A DNA stretch of 64,000 nucleotides from Magallana gigas. Lineage: Eukaryota. A program made the translations under genes and the position numbers. The DNA lies in NCBI RefSeq assembly GCF_963853765.1, contig NC_088856.1, positions 14,942,001 through 15,006,000 of the forward strand, given 5' to 3'. Each line of letters begins with the position of its first letter. Position 1 is the first letter of the stretch. Of this stretch, positions 11,901 through 25,306 are shown piece after piece. Under the pieces are notes generated by a model that was given only the letters and a program-made list of their open reading frames with translations, was not told the origin of the DNA and did not search any database.

Positions 11901-12012
11901 TTCAAAACCTTTTTTTCAGGTATACAAAATTTCTGAGACAGAGCTGTCAGTGTGCAGTGCAGTTGATGCAGTAGTGTCCAGAATATCAAGTAAAGATATT
12001 GTCACAGTGTGA
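8995..12012 (+). CDS. TPRKB: EKC/KEOPS complex subunit TPRKB (CGI-121), 177 aa; exons 8995-9138, 10228-10350, 10688-10861, 11920-12012
   Basis: Spliced protein contains [39 protein letters not shown] and SRISSKD, typical of CGI-121. All introns are GT-AG, phase 0. Confidence 0.95.
9441..10110 (-). mobile_element. HINE-like repeat (second family) in TPRKB intron 1, with degenerate ~145-bp internal repeats
   Basis: ttttagctcaccgag...ggggagct terminus like the other HINEs; three copies of aacttcaccaaacttgcat...cttatgatactgatgcacc. The right boundary is approximate. Confidence 0.5.
10986..11199. mobile_element. Tc1/mariner-type MITE (tactgtggaatcatt...aatgattccacagta family), left end eroded
   Basis: Ends aatgattccacagta; same family as 40760-40979 and 55295-55504. 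Confidence 0.65.
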
Positions 12013-13199
12013 CACTGATTCATTGAGCAGATGCTGGAATGAATGAACGTTACAATGGATTGAGGAGTTTTTAGACTTCAATCTTGTTTCTTCAAATATT
12101 CACAAAAGGGATCTGTATTTAGGAGCTCTGTGTCCTTAAAAATATGACTTTAATGAAGGTACTGACAACATTGAGGAAGAATAAATTTTTCACAATGGAA
12201 TTAAGATTTCTCCTCAAGCTGAACATCATTTTATGAATATAATGTGTTTATCATCTAAATCATGTGTTAAGTTGTAATATTATGTCTAGAGTTGTCTGCA
12301 TATTCCTGCCTTGTAATGTATAATTACAAATGTTAAGATTGTCTTGTACCTCTGTCTAGATTTCATGGAAAATAAAAAAAAAAAAACATCTATCATTCAG
12401 TATTCAATGTGGTGGTACAGTGTACTGGTATTAATAAATGCAATTTGAAAAAAATGTGATTTTATCATATTTCAATTATACATTGTTTTTTTTTTTTTTA
12501 CTACCATCCTTACATACCGTTGATGGAATTTCAGTGTGTGGTAATTAAATAATGCATTTTTTGAAAAAATCAGAAAAAGTGAAAAACTCTCTAAGTATTT
12601 CAACAGTTGGCATATTAAATTGTGAAATTTTTACAAAAGTCATCGGTATGACAGAAAGCTTTATTTAGGACGACCATATTTATATTTATTGGATTTTTGT
12701 TGTGGACTTTTAATCAAAATGATAAGCATAAACCTTATAGGGTATGTAATTAAAAAATTAATGTATTTATATTTTTAGATATATATGTATATACCATGTT
12801 TTATGACAATTGCAAATTACATGTATTAGGGTGAGAACATAGTAAGTTGCAAGAACTTGTGTTCGAACCTTTTGTAAATTATATATGTACAGTAAAATAT
12901 GTTCAAACCAAATATGTTTAGATAATTATAAGGGAAATTTAATTAATTTTACATAATTTGTTTTATTTGACAGTCAGAGCATCACTGAATTTATAAAGTT
13001 ATATGAATTAATTTTCCTCTTTATTTTGATTTGAGAAAAATGAAGAGTCGTGCTAAATAATTTTGAATTCAACGAAAAAAATGTATGAAGCATTTTTTTT
13101 AAACGTTTTTTGATAAACAATTCGACCTTTTTCATCTCTTGAAATAGTAGAAATGAAAGGGAGTTGTACGAGTTATTTCCCCTTATACGGAGCGCTTTG

Positions 13200-16100
13200 A
13201 AGGAAAGGAGGATTAGAATCACGCCGGTTTTCTATATTGAGCGACCAGGCGTGTGAATTAGAGGATGCCGAGAGAAAAACCATTCTGTTGACGAAGTAAG
13301 TGTTTTTTTCTGTTTAAATGCAGTGTTGCATATGTTACAAATAATGAATCGATTGGATCTTATCATCTCAGCTTCATTGGTCTTGTCTGGCTCGAATTTC
13401 CTCGGAGCATTGTTCTTAACATATCAATACACTATGCAAGCTATGTATTGATTGCACGCTGGGTGAATGCTAATTTATCTGTTTTCTGTCACATGTGATA
13501 CAACAAATAAATGCAACGGAATATGCAACTTGTGTAAAATGTGAAAACGAATGGTAAGTCATATTTTATCAGATTAAGTTTTACAAATGAGCTGTAATTA
13601 CAGTTGGTAAATGGAACAAAAATAAAGCGTAAGGTATGAAAATGCCAAGAATTAAAGAAAATATTACATGCCTTTGTTTTATTTTAATTGCAAAGATTTA
13701 GAGTTGTGTTAGGAAAATTTGGATAAACGTACAATTTATGTTTTAAAATTGTTGATCATGCATGTTTGTAAATAATCTCAGCAAGAATTGCCTATAAATT
13801 AAAAGATCTGTCTCTTCTGAAAATGCCTTTTCTTGGAAGTGACATTGATACAAATTTTACATATTGATGATCGAGTCTAATTGACTTCAGTTTGTAAACT
13901 GTATCATTCATCATCAATATACAACATGTAAATACAATCATGTAACTATTGATATGCAATAGACATGTTGTTTTCCTATAATGTACAAATGCATGGTTTG
14001 ATAAACAGATGTCTTCAGTTCAAATCACTGATATCAAGCTAGACTGTTATACAATCAAATGCAATGAATGACACAGTGAGTCACACACATTTAAAATAAC
14101 AGCTGCTTGTTTTTCTATTCTCTTTTGAGAAGTGGACAGGCATAGCCTACATCCATGGATGTAGGCTATGCCTGTCCACTTCTCAAAAGAGAATACTTGT
14201 TTTTCCAGTGTATTTTAGTATCAATCCACACCGGGTGAATTTTAAAGTATGTTACCTCAAAAATATTTGAAGGGCCATAAAGCTTGAAGCAACAAGTGAA
14301 TATTAAATAAATCACTTCCCCAAAAGTGACTAGTAATGAAACTAGTCAATATGTAAGAGTTGGAAAAAAACTCAAGTGTAAACCTCAAATCACTGAGATC
14401 ACAAGTAGTTCTTTAGAAATGACCCCTCAATAAAGTAATCAAGTGTGATAGACTGGTGATGTAATAGGGAATAAAATAAAATGAGGTGGGCCATTGTGTG
14501 GGTTCCACTGAGAGTGGTATACACGCCCACACACAAAGGGGCTTTACTACCAGCCCAGAAAGATTATGAATACAGGTATATAGTACAGAATATTTGTCCA
14601 ACAGGTAAACATGGTTTTGTGTATTATTAAGTTCATACAGCTTAATACAGCTGTAGTTTTTGAAAATGTTAATAGTACATTGTACATGTATTTACTCTAG
14701 AAATCATAGTTTTAAAATCACTTTGGTCTATGGAGAAAAAATAATTATTCTTTTGAAAAAACACCTGCCTTTATGTGAATTAGTCAGTTAGAAAGATCAC
14801 TTTAAATTGCAAAGTGCAGCTACTAACTAACAGCTAGTATTTTTCTCATGGCCATCTTATTTTTCTTCATTCATGATTTTCCCCACATGGTCTGTTGTTG
14901 TAAAAGACTACATGGGATCACACTGACATGGTTGTAGTTCTATGACTGCGTGGCTCTTACTCATTGATGTCAGACCGGTTTGATTTTTTGATAAATCTGT
15001 TCAGGTGTGTATTCTACTGTCGTCAGGTATGTGCGGCATACGTTGTGGAGTGATAAAACTATTATACATGTGCTGCCTTCAGGTGCAATGACAACAAACT
15101 GAGGGCGTGTGCAGCTAAGTATGACTGGGATTGTCTGATGTAGGTGTGAACGAATTTTCGGCGGTGAAATTTATAATCTGCAGGGCCTGATCAGTTAAAA
15201 CTCTTCTTGTTTATTCAGAATTTTCTTCTAAAGCCTGTGGGCGAACCAGGAATCTGATTAACACAGACCTTTTAAATGTCCCGAGTCAGGGCTTTTCGAT
15301 ATTATTTTTTTTACTACGTTTAAATTGTTCCAACAGCAACTTTCACTCTCACTGCATGAGGCCATGTGTACATATACATAGAGACAGAAGTGGGTAGAAT
15401 GTAAATCATCTCTCAGTGTTTACCCAGGTAATTTCAAGTTTAATAGTCACAGAGACTTCTCTCTGATTTATGTCTATAATTGCCATGGATTGAGGTTTAC
15501 ATCTATTCATTGTATGTACCGGTAATCATAGTGTTTATAAAGTTGTCCTCCTGTGTTAATTTTATTAACAATGATTATTATAGTGATCCTGAACCTTTGT
15601 AATTTCAGACTACCGGTATACTACTGTACTACATGTAGACAGTACACGTATAAGCTTTTGGATTGTGAATTGACTACATTAGTTGAATGATTGGATTTTT
15701 CTAACATGTCAAAGTTTTAGGAGATCTTGCTCTTGATTCATTAATATTCATTTTGCAGTTGTTATCGAGAAATTGTCAAGCAATGACCAGATTTAGAATC
15801 TGTAGTTTTTTGTATGACATAGTGTGGCAGCAAGGCCAGCTGATCTGTTTTACACCTGACTGACAATCATGTTAGATGAGATTTTTATCATTCTGTAAGA
15901 TTTCTTCCACAGACATGGTTCTGAATGAACAGGAATTAGTTTGTCCTAATTTCATAAACTTAAGCATGCGTGAAATAAAAAAACCCAAAATAATATGGGC
16001 TTCATTGCTAGATAACTCTTCTGCATTAGGGTGTAGAACTGAGCATGGTACAGTGTATATATATAAAAATTTAAGTTATTAAGTTGATATTATGATGCTT

Positions 16101-17393
16101 TATGCAATAACATTTAAAAAATCTGAATTGCACATTGTTCATGTACTGAAATTGAAAATCTACAGATATGAACGGTGATATCTGATAAAATGTGCTGAAA
16201 ACATGCAGAATTTGGAAGATAATTTCACCTATAATGCAAAGTGCTGTGTCCCTTGAAACTGGGCCACTAAATTCTGCATGGGGTTGACTGGACCTGATTA
16301 AGCAATAACCTATAACTGTATTTGTATGGATTTTTAGGGAAGCATGATTGTCTCAAGTGATGTTACACTTTTAAATTACATATTTCTAAAAAATCTCAGG
16401 CTGAGCTATTGTTAATAAAGTAACAGTTAAATTGACATGGTTGAGCCTTACAATTTCTATATAGTGGGTGAATTTACGCTGTCGAAGGTCTCACTCCCAA
16501 GATAGGCACTTGCATTAAACGTTTTTGATCTTCATTGATGCACAGTTCCACATTGCTAATGCTGATTTGCACATTTACAACAACAAAAAATGGATTATAA
16601 TTACTTATAATTATGGAAAGAGGCAAGCTAAATATTGAAATACATGCATATATGTTCCTAATGTAGTTAAATAATCTACTTAAGCCTTTATTTAAATGCC
16701 AAACATTGTCCAAACTGTGCACTGCACAGTAATACATATAAAAATTAAAAATCATAATAAAGACTTGCACAGCAAGATTCTCCTTTGTAGATTTATACAG
16801 AACTAAAATGAATAAATATTCAATGATCAGTATATTTGCAATAAACATGGATAACACATGCCTGTGCTTCTGTTATATATGCTGTGTTTTAGAATTAACC
16901 CAGCTACATGCATGTACATGTATTAATAGATAAACCATCTCTATTAGTCTGATTACTTTGATGAGGGGACCAGTCAACCAGTTTATACTGAGTGAACTTA
17001 TTGGTATAAGTACACTGTATGTATGTACCATTTAATAGCTGTTAGTTGTACATGCATTATACATGTATTTGTGTATTTCAAACTTCATAATTAGGTATTT
17101 TTACACAATCTTCCTAATGTCAAGGCTATAATTGTGGTTACATTAAAGTGAGGTACATGTATTAACTACTTAGTTTTGACATTGGGAAGATGCATGATCT
17201 AGTGTATTATTCTAATGTTAAATAGTCAGATTTCTCCATTGTCGTTATAATGTTTATACATGTATTTTGAAGCATATTTTATGTTGAATTTTTACTTTTT
17301 CAGATTCTTCAAGATGCAGATTATATAAGGAGAAGAACTGAGATTTGTAAGTGTAGAGGGAGCAGTTTCTGTTTCATCATCAAACACAGCCAG
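13200..17393 (+). other. Probable upstream exons of the kelch-like gene (first exon ending 13295; exon 17304-17393)
   Basis: Strong donors gaa|gtaagt (13295) and cag|gtaaat (17393); acceptor ttttcag| (17303). The 17393 donor joins the large kelch exon in frame. Confidence 0.55.
14116..14195. mobile_element. 80-bp perfect palindrome with a 10-bp target-site duplication (Mutator-like MITE/foldback?)
   Basis: 40-bp arms with no spacer, centred on cca|tgg; cttgtttttc lies directly on both sides (14106-14115, 14196-14205). Confidence 0.75.
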
Positions 17394-18878
17394 GTAAATC
17401 AAGATTTCCATTTCATTCATAAATTCTGAACCTTAAAAATTGTCTCTATTAGTCCAGTTGTGTGATTTGACCATATTTAAACATGCACTTACTGACAAGG
17501 ATTTATGTACTGTTACATACTGTTAAACCCCTGTTATCTGTAGATAACAAATTTTAAATTTCACTCTCACCACCATTTATTTACATTGCTGTATATATAG
17601 AAATTTTTAAACAGTATTTTTTCATCACATTTTCTGCATGATACACCTTACTAGCAATTTCATTAGCAGATTTACTGCTTTATAAATGCATGAAAATATG
17701 CAATATACAATTTTTGATATAAGAAAAAACTAAAGCAATCTTAAAAGCCATACTAGTATTTGAACAAAAGTAGCGGTACAGTAGTACATGTATTTGCAAA
17801 AACTGAAGTATATTATGTCCATTATTGTTCCCTAAGCTTTGTCATTAAATTTTCTGGCCAGCAAATTTCAATGACCTCAGTGTAATAGTTTCCAGTTTTG
17901 TCATACATGTAATAAAAAATAGTTCATGAAAAGGAAAATCCTTCTCCAACTGGGCATAAATAAAATGAATGATAATCCCTCGGAGGGGCGATGTTGTAAA
18001 AACCAGACCAAGCAAGCCACAATGTGGCTGGGGGGTGTAAAGTGACATCCAGGGTCTCCAGCAACAAGGGATGAGATTAATGTCCTGGCCAGCGAGGGAC
18101 ATCAGTTTCGTTATCACCAGCCCTCTGACTCAGTCTAAGGGAGCTGACTTTTTGCCCAGGGCTTTTGAAGTCTGGTGACAATTTCTTATAATCGTGACTG
18201 CTTCTGCAACATTGAGAGTACGCACTTTGAGTGGTTTTTTGGGGGGGAGGAGTTGTTTTGTTGTTGCGCAAGAGAAATCACATGACCTAAGATTCAGTGG
18301 ATAATTTCCCCGTTTTTCGGCTGTTGTTGTTAGTGGTAGTGACTGCATCGGTGACATTTAGAAGCTTGATAGTTTGGCCTTGTATTAGGGAGATAAAACA
18401 AGGCTGGGAATAGTTCAGGGTGTAAACTGGTTCTCTGGGGAACATGGAGAGTGTTAATAGAGACACCATGGAAAACTCCAACGATAAAAATCTGTAAGTT
18501 GCAATTGTCCATAATCCTTAAAAGATAAATTTTTTTTCAAATTTCCTAAAAAAAAAAAAAATTACCGATAATTAGATTTGAATCAGATGATTATTGTTTA
18601 ATTATTGCAGAGCCATATTATTGGAAGGTACCAGTTCTTTTTATGTTACATAATTGAAAATTTGGTTTGAATTTTCTTTAAAAAAAAGAAACAATTTTAT
18701 ATGTATCTTTAAGTAAAAGAACACTTTTGTTAATTCTGACAGTAGGTAAATGTACTTTTATGGGTGTTTTATCTCAATTGATGGCTAAAAAATTATTACC
18801 ATTCTAATTAAATGACATTTTATATTCTAAATCAGTAGCAGATTTACAACGTTTACATTTCGGTAAAATGATATTGTA

Positions 18879-19072
18879 ATTGACCCTTTCACGGTAACTG
18901 CGGTACTGCTCTTTTGCAGGGCAAAATGACATAGTTTGGTGAAATATGACGTAACATCAATTGTTTCAATTACGTCATTTAATTATCTACCTACTGAAAC
19001 TTTGGCAAAGTACCGGTATATCAATTTGCCCTGAAAGAGAGCAGTACCGCAGTTACCGCAAAAGTGTCTATT
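18879..19072. mobile_element. MITE with long imperfect TIRs
   Basis: cggtaactgcggtactgctcttttgcagggcaaa / tttgccctgaaagagagcagtaccgcagttaccg. Confidence 0.7.
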
Positions 19073-19616
19073 TGATAAGATTTCATTGATATTTCAAATA
19101 AAAATGAAGCTAATTACTTTATTACACCAGTTTGGAAGGATAAATGGCAATTTTTTTAACTTTGTGTACCTGGTCAATAGCTTTATGAAGACCAGCATTT
19201 TTTTCTTCTGATGTTTAAGGAGGCTGAATGGTCAACCAATTAACCATCCGATTTAGATCTACCTAAAATTTTATGATATGATTTAATGTTTAGCTATAAA
19301 CTGTTTTTCAGTAAAGAAAAATTTCATATATTTTACCTTTTAAATTTGGGTACCAGTATTTCCCTTATTTTATAAGGAGCTCTTCTTCTAAAGGAGATCA
19401 ATACAGTCTAACATTGGCCATGGCTATTGAGCCCTCTTAATGAATGATTTCAATAAGTAAGTGTATAATATAATGTAGGCAACTGTTTACTGGTTTATGA
19501 TATAAATTTTGTTTTCATGCAACCAATCAAAATGCATGTTACAACCATAATTAAATTAGGACTTTAAACATCATAATCTAATGTGCCTATAGCAATTATA
19601 AATGTCACATATTAAA

Positions 19617-20542
19617 CGCGGCTATGTTAAGGCTGTCCGAAGCTAAATATATATCAAAAAATTATACCATTTTAATTATCGAAAAATACTTTAACCAAGC
19701 AAGTTTCTTTAAACTTTTATCAAGTTTCTTTAAACTTTTATTACATGAATTAACAGGGACATCCAACACTATATTTCATGTATTTTTGTGACGTCATATA
19801 TTTTTCTTAAGCACGTGACGGGTGTATTCTAACACGGTAAATAATCTATAAAAATCGCATCGACGCAAGTGAATAATGACATTACATAAAAAATATTTTT
19901 ATGAAAAATCCTTCGATAAGTAATGTATTTTGCAGTTCTTGCTGGGGGTTCATATAAATATTTCGTTTTTTAAAAATATTGTCAAAACATTTCGCACCGC
20001 CATCGAAATTAGGCACATTTTTACCTTTTAGGCTCGATTTACACAAAATCGGGTCAATCGGTAGGTTTCCCCCAGCAAGATTCACATTGGTACTTATTTT
20101 CTCTCCTGATTTCACGTAAAATATAGTAAGATTGTTTTTATTGTTCACTTTCGCCAAGCTGTTTTTTATATGCATATACATATCACCATTCATTAGATTA
20201 CACGTAGCAGGGGGATTCTCAAAACCATTAGTTTATGAATAGTTATTTACCTATAATGAAGCTTTAAAACTGTTGATTTTTTTATAATCCATATCGGTGA
20301 TATTGAATTTAGTATCACTAGTATTTACAACAGTGTCTATGTAAAGGAATGAAGCGGTTTTATTATGCACAATGAATATCACTTATTACGTTATGATATA
20401 TTCCCTAAGAACGATCGAAAGGAATGCAGATCATGACGTCAAAGTTAACTATGATGTCATATCTTATGAAGAACAGACAAGTGACTTTCTACATATCGGA
20501 TTATCACTGTGAAATTAATTGGGCAGCCTTAACATAGCCGCG
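19617..20542. mobile_element. Non-autonomous TIR DNA transposon, superfamily unassigned
   Basis: TIRs cgcggctatgttaaggctgtcc / gggcagccttaacatagccgcg (21/22 match); no coding capacity seen. Confidence 0.75.
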
Positions 20543-21500
20543 AACTTAGTTGTTTAATTTAAAGATAGTAAACAGTATTTGATTTTTTTTTTAAACATCC
20601 AATTGCTAGAAATTTTTTAGTTTACTTTATTCAGAAATGTGTCAATGAGCAGTAGTTTAAAAGCATTGGTTAGTATACCGGTGTATAGGTGCTGGTAGTT
20701 TTCAATTTTTCATGGTGGAAAAATTTATCTGCATTGCATGGCTGATGCATTATCTTGTTCAGCAATCAATTATTTTGTTAATAACACACTTTCAATTAGA
20801 CATAACAAAGGGTGGACAATACTGTCAACTGATAAGTAATACTTACATATTATATATATCTTCATGGTCAGTGGTCAGATTACGCACTCCGGGCCCTGGG
20901 GGTCCAAGGCCTGACAGAGAAGACGTGTGATATACATGGTCTCTGTCCGCCCTTCCACACCTGGGTCTACTTATCAAGTCTCTGGGGAAGGGGACAAGTG
21001 TCCGAATGTCGTAAATCAGCACATGATAGGTGTGTAATGACAACAGAGAATATAGATGATTACTGGTGGCAATACAGATTATCATCCATCAAATACACTG
21101 TTCATGCTGGAAACTTGTTATATTGAAAGGCTGAAATTAAAATCTAAGAAAAGATTTTGGGAAACTTTAATTTCTTTTTTTTCACATTTTTAACTTTTCT
21201 ACATATCATATAATACATGTAATATGTAAATCATAAATTATTATGAAAATCAAAGGATATTGGAACCTCTTCACAATGAATTTTAAAACTCAAGAGAACA
21301 AAGAATTTCATTACATTTCAGTTTCGACATATGTATACATGTACATGGTTATTTGAATTATATTTTCCTTTCCACACCGTTCTTCTTTCTTCATGTTTTA
21401 ACTTTACATTCCAGGCATTAAGAGATCACAATAACTAATGCTTGTTTGGGAAATAAATAAATTATTTTTGTTAACAAATGTTTTGCTTTGTGTTTTCCAG

Positions 21501-24054
21501 ATCAAATGGAATCAATGGTAAAACCAAACCAGTAAAGACTGAAGGGAAATTCATATCACAGATCAAGAAAAATCTATCTCAGGGCAGAGACTCAGAGGGT
21601 GATCAAGGGGACAGCCTTACTGGAAAAAAACCCACAAAAAACACAGAAAAGTCAAAGACAAGTAGTGGCTCGGTGTTCAGTCGACTAAGTGAACCAACAA
21701 TCAGTAGTGCCAAGAAATCGGTAAAACCTGTCGAAACCGCAAAGCCAAATTCTATCAAAGGGGGTAAAACAAGTGTAGGTAAAGATAGTCCCAAAGTGCC
21801 AGCTCCCAAAGAAAACACAGCAACCAAAAAGCAACCCCCTCCTGTTTTGGAGAAGCCAAAAAAGAGTCAAAGTAAAGAGGAAGTTGTAGAAAACAAGGAA
21901 AGCTCCAAAGATTTGGAGAACAAACCTAAACAACAGTACACCAGAGAGGAAGAGGCATTGAAAAAAGACTCCGAAAACCCCATAGTAGAAGAGGTTGAAC
22001 ATATTGAATATCCAGAAATCTTAGAATTTAATAAAGAATTACTTCAAGAGGAAGAAAGAAGAGCTACTCAGAAGGAAGAAACAGAGCAAAGACTTGATTC
22101 TGACAGTCTCAATGCAAATAATCCCAGTAGATTAAGGAAAATCTCTGAAGATTCAGGGGACTCCTCATCAGGCAGTTACCTGAATTTAAAGCAGAAGTTT
22201 TTTGACAACCAGGAGACCACTTTTTGCACGTTGGACATAAACAGTGAAATGGCTACTGCTGCTGTCGCTCCACAAGAAGAGGATGGGATCCTCCCAAATC
22301 CAACAGAAAGGATTGTTATATCTGAAAATAAGGTGAAATACATCAATACCAATTACAAGAAAGTCTCTGCAAAGATGTATGATTACAGATGCGACATCAA
22401 ACTCAAGGTTGGAGACCAGAATTTCAAAGCTCATCGAGACGTTCTCTCTGAAGCAAGTGACTACTTCTCCGCCATGTTTTCTCACAACATGAAGGAGAAG
22501 GGACAGGATGAAATAGAATTGAAAGACATTAGCCCAAAAGGCTTTTCTGCCATGTTGGATTATTTCTATCATGGTCATGTGACCCTCGAGCCATCAAAAG
22601 TGGAGGAGGTTATTGAGGGTGCAAGGTTTTTCCATGTGGATTGGCTGTTAGAGGTTTGTTGCGAGTTTCTGATCCAACACCTTAGTTTAGACAACTACAA
22701 TGCTGTGATGGAAATAACAGATAAATACTATCTTGGGGATCTGAGATGGGACATTTTTAGATTCATTGGTCAAAATATAGCAGAACTTACTCAACAGGAG
22801 AGCTTCTTTGAAAATCTTTCATTAGAACTTCTGCTGCAGTTTTTGATGGAGAATATTTATTCTGAAGCATCCGAGTTCTATCTTCTTGATGTTGTGTTGA
22901 GGTGGGTGAAAAATGATGAGAAGAATAGAAAAGAACACCTGCTCTCTCTTCTTCGACAAATCAGATTTTATACCATGGAAACTGAAGAACTGGAAGCTCT
23001 TGCTCCAGAAGTGCTGGAGTTTCCGGAAATCAGAGATATTGTTGAAGATGCCATGAATTACTCACTGAACATCATGGGGCAGTGCCTAAAATATGGAGAT
23101 ATGTACAAGCAGAGAGGGGCTCGACCAGTCATTACTATTTTATCCTTCACTAATGATGGGAATATCTTAGTGTACAGAGACCCATCAAAGTGTGGACTCT
23201 TTGTAGAAGAACTTGGTCCATGTGGATTGGACACTGCATCATACCAGGCCATGAGTCAAGCCAAGATCGGGAACTTTTTGTATGCTGCAGGAGGCTATGA
23301 TGATATGTACTGTACAGTTGGAAGAGTCTTCATGTTTGATCCAAAATACAGAGGCTGGACTGAAGTAGCGTCAATGAATGAGCCCCGAGTTTCTTTTGCC
23401 ATGTGTAACTCTGAAAACAGGCTTTTCGCTGTTGGTGGAGTGAATCACACTATGAATGAAGAGAGCAAGGAGGAGTCGGAGCAGGTTCTGGCTTCGGTAG
23501 AGATGTACAAACCAGAAGATAACACCTGGACCAACCTCCAGCCAATGCCCATTAAATCTTCAGACCAGGCTGCTGTGTTCGTCAATGGCTGTCTGTATGT
23601 AACGGGCGGCATCAGTGCTGAACCAGAGGATCCGGTGCCATTGGAATCCACATGGTGTCTGAAGGTGGATGGATCAGAAGGATGGGTCCCAAAGGCAAAC
23701 ATGATTAATGGCAGACAGGGTCACAGCATTACGGCTGTGGGTGGAAAGCTGTATGCTCTTGGTGGATACACAGCAAAAGAAGACCGAATCACGTTCACCG
23801 AACAGCTGAACTGTGAAGTGTTTGATCTAGAAACTGGACAATGGACAGAAATTGCCCCCACCCCTGAAGCCTTTGGGCATCTGTTACCTTACAGTGCTGC
23901 GTTGTTCGATAAAGTGTTCCTGATGGGAGGTATTGACAATAATGTTAACCTATATATCTACGATCCGGAGAGTGACACATGGGAAGAAGCCGATGTGATT
24001 GGGCCTAATGTCCAAAAACTTGCCATCCTGGATGTAGCATATCCATACACTTAA
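21501..24054 (+). CDS. Kelch-like protein (Lys/Glu-rich low-complexity N-terminus, BTB, BACK, Kelch repeats); true start uncertain
   Basis: CDIKLKVGDQNFKAHRDVLSEASDYFSAMFS (BTB), BACK region, and GG-Y/W Kelch repeats (LYAAGGYD, LFAVGG, LYVTGG, LYALGG, VFLMGG). Acceptor at 21500; first in-frame ATG within this exon is at 22249. Confidence 0.92.
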
Positions 24055-25306
24055 TGACTTCCATTAGAAAATTAGGTTTCCAAATTCATGTATTGTAAAA
24101 TGTGATTTATGATGAGCCTTTAATTATCAGAGAAGTTGTTTACATGTAAATGATTTTGTTATAGCTTGCAATGATAGCAGTCATGATTTTCAGATTTACT
24201 TAAATTGCATTTATATTGTAAATATGTGTTATTATATTAATACTTTCATGATGTATTCAGCATAACTGCAATTCAAAGAATAAGAGAGAGTTTACTTTTT
24301 GCATTTTTCTGAATATGATTTTTATGTAATGCATAAATGTGGTACAAAAGGGTTGTAATCAAAAGTTTTCCTGCCATATTCCTTTACTTTTAATCAATGA
24401 CATGTGACAGTTCTATAAGTACCAGGTATAAGGTATGATTTTAAGTTTTTTTCTCAAAGTTTTCTATTGCCAGATAGTTCAAACTTCATTTATAAACTAA
24501 TTCTGGTATATATGTAGATTTAAAAAATACCTACCAGTATGTGTGTATAATATTGTACAATATTTTCAAAGTTTTTTTTCCTGCATAATTACGATTGGTT
24601 GTAAATGTTTTTATGATTGATTTGTATAGATGTACTATATATTGCAATCATATTTTGTTTTGTACCCTGCTTTTATAGCACTTTCTTGCCATTTCTACTG
24701 TAGTGATTATACGAAGTGTAGACTATAATTCTTGTACTGTATCTCAGATGCTGTTCAAATGGTTTGCAAGCATATTTTTCACTTTTGCGTTAATCTCATT
24801 TCAAATTGGTGTGTAAAATATTTATATACAGAATAAGATTTTAACGTGCAAGCAGCTAACACAAAATGTTGATCAATATACTGCTTGATATTCAAGTTCT
24901 GTGCAGCGCTAGTTTTCATACTTTTTCTCAAATGACGGACACGTAGCTAGTGTTGTAATGTATTTTATTTATAGTTTGCTAGGGTTAAGCTTATGTGAAT
25001 ATCATAGGTGTATAGTATAAAGGAATTAAAAAAAATGTTCATGCAAATATAGGTACTAATATATATGCTACACATGAGAATTAGAATGGCTGCGATGCAA
25101 TGTTTCATATATACATATGATTGGTTGATTTCAAATACATACCCGTCTTAATAAGCACCATGTTCTTTTTTCCACTTCAAAAACAGTAATCAACTGTCAA
25201 AAAGACAAATATAAATTCACAGATCAGCTTTATATCTAGTTTGAATATTAACTCTAAGCACAACTTGTATTACCAATGCATGTATAGATGGATTTGCTTG
25301 ACCTTG

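Noticed and set aside
17845-18512. GC-richer stretch with several short minus-strand ORFs and a twice-occurring motif (LKVRTLNVAEAVT / IKLLNVTDAVT)
   Set aside because: Frames are broken, no splice signals link them, and no family is recognisable. Possibly a decayed element, but unsupported.
20860-21028. Open plus-strand frame ending at a possible phase-2 donor (gatag|gtgtgt) that would join the kelch exon in frame
   Set aside because: No in-frame ATG, poor acceptor and weak donor; cannot be supported without transcripts.
21603-23702. Antisense ORFs over the kelch exon, and likewise over the LRR, SLC41, transposase and Cys-rich exons
   Set aside because: Shadow ORFs of real coding sequence.
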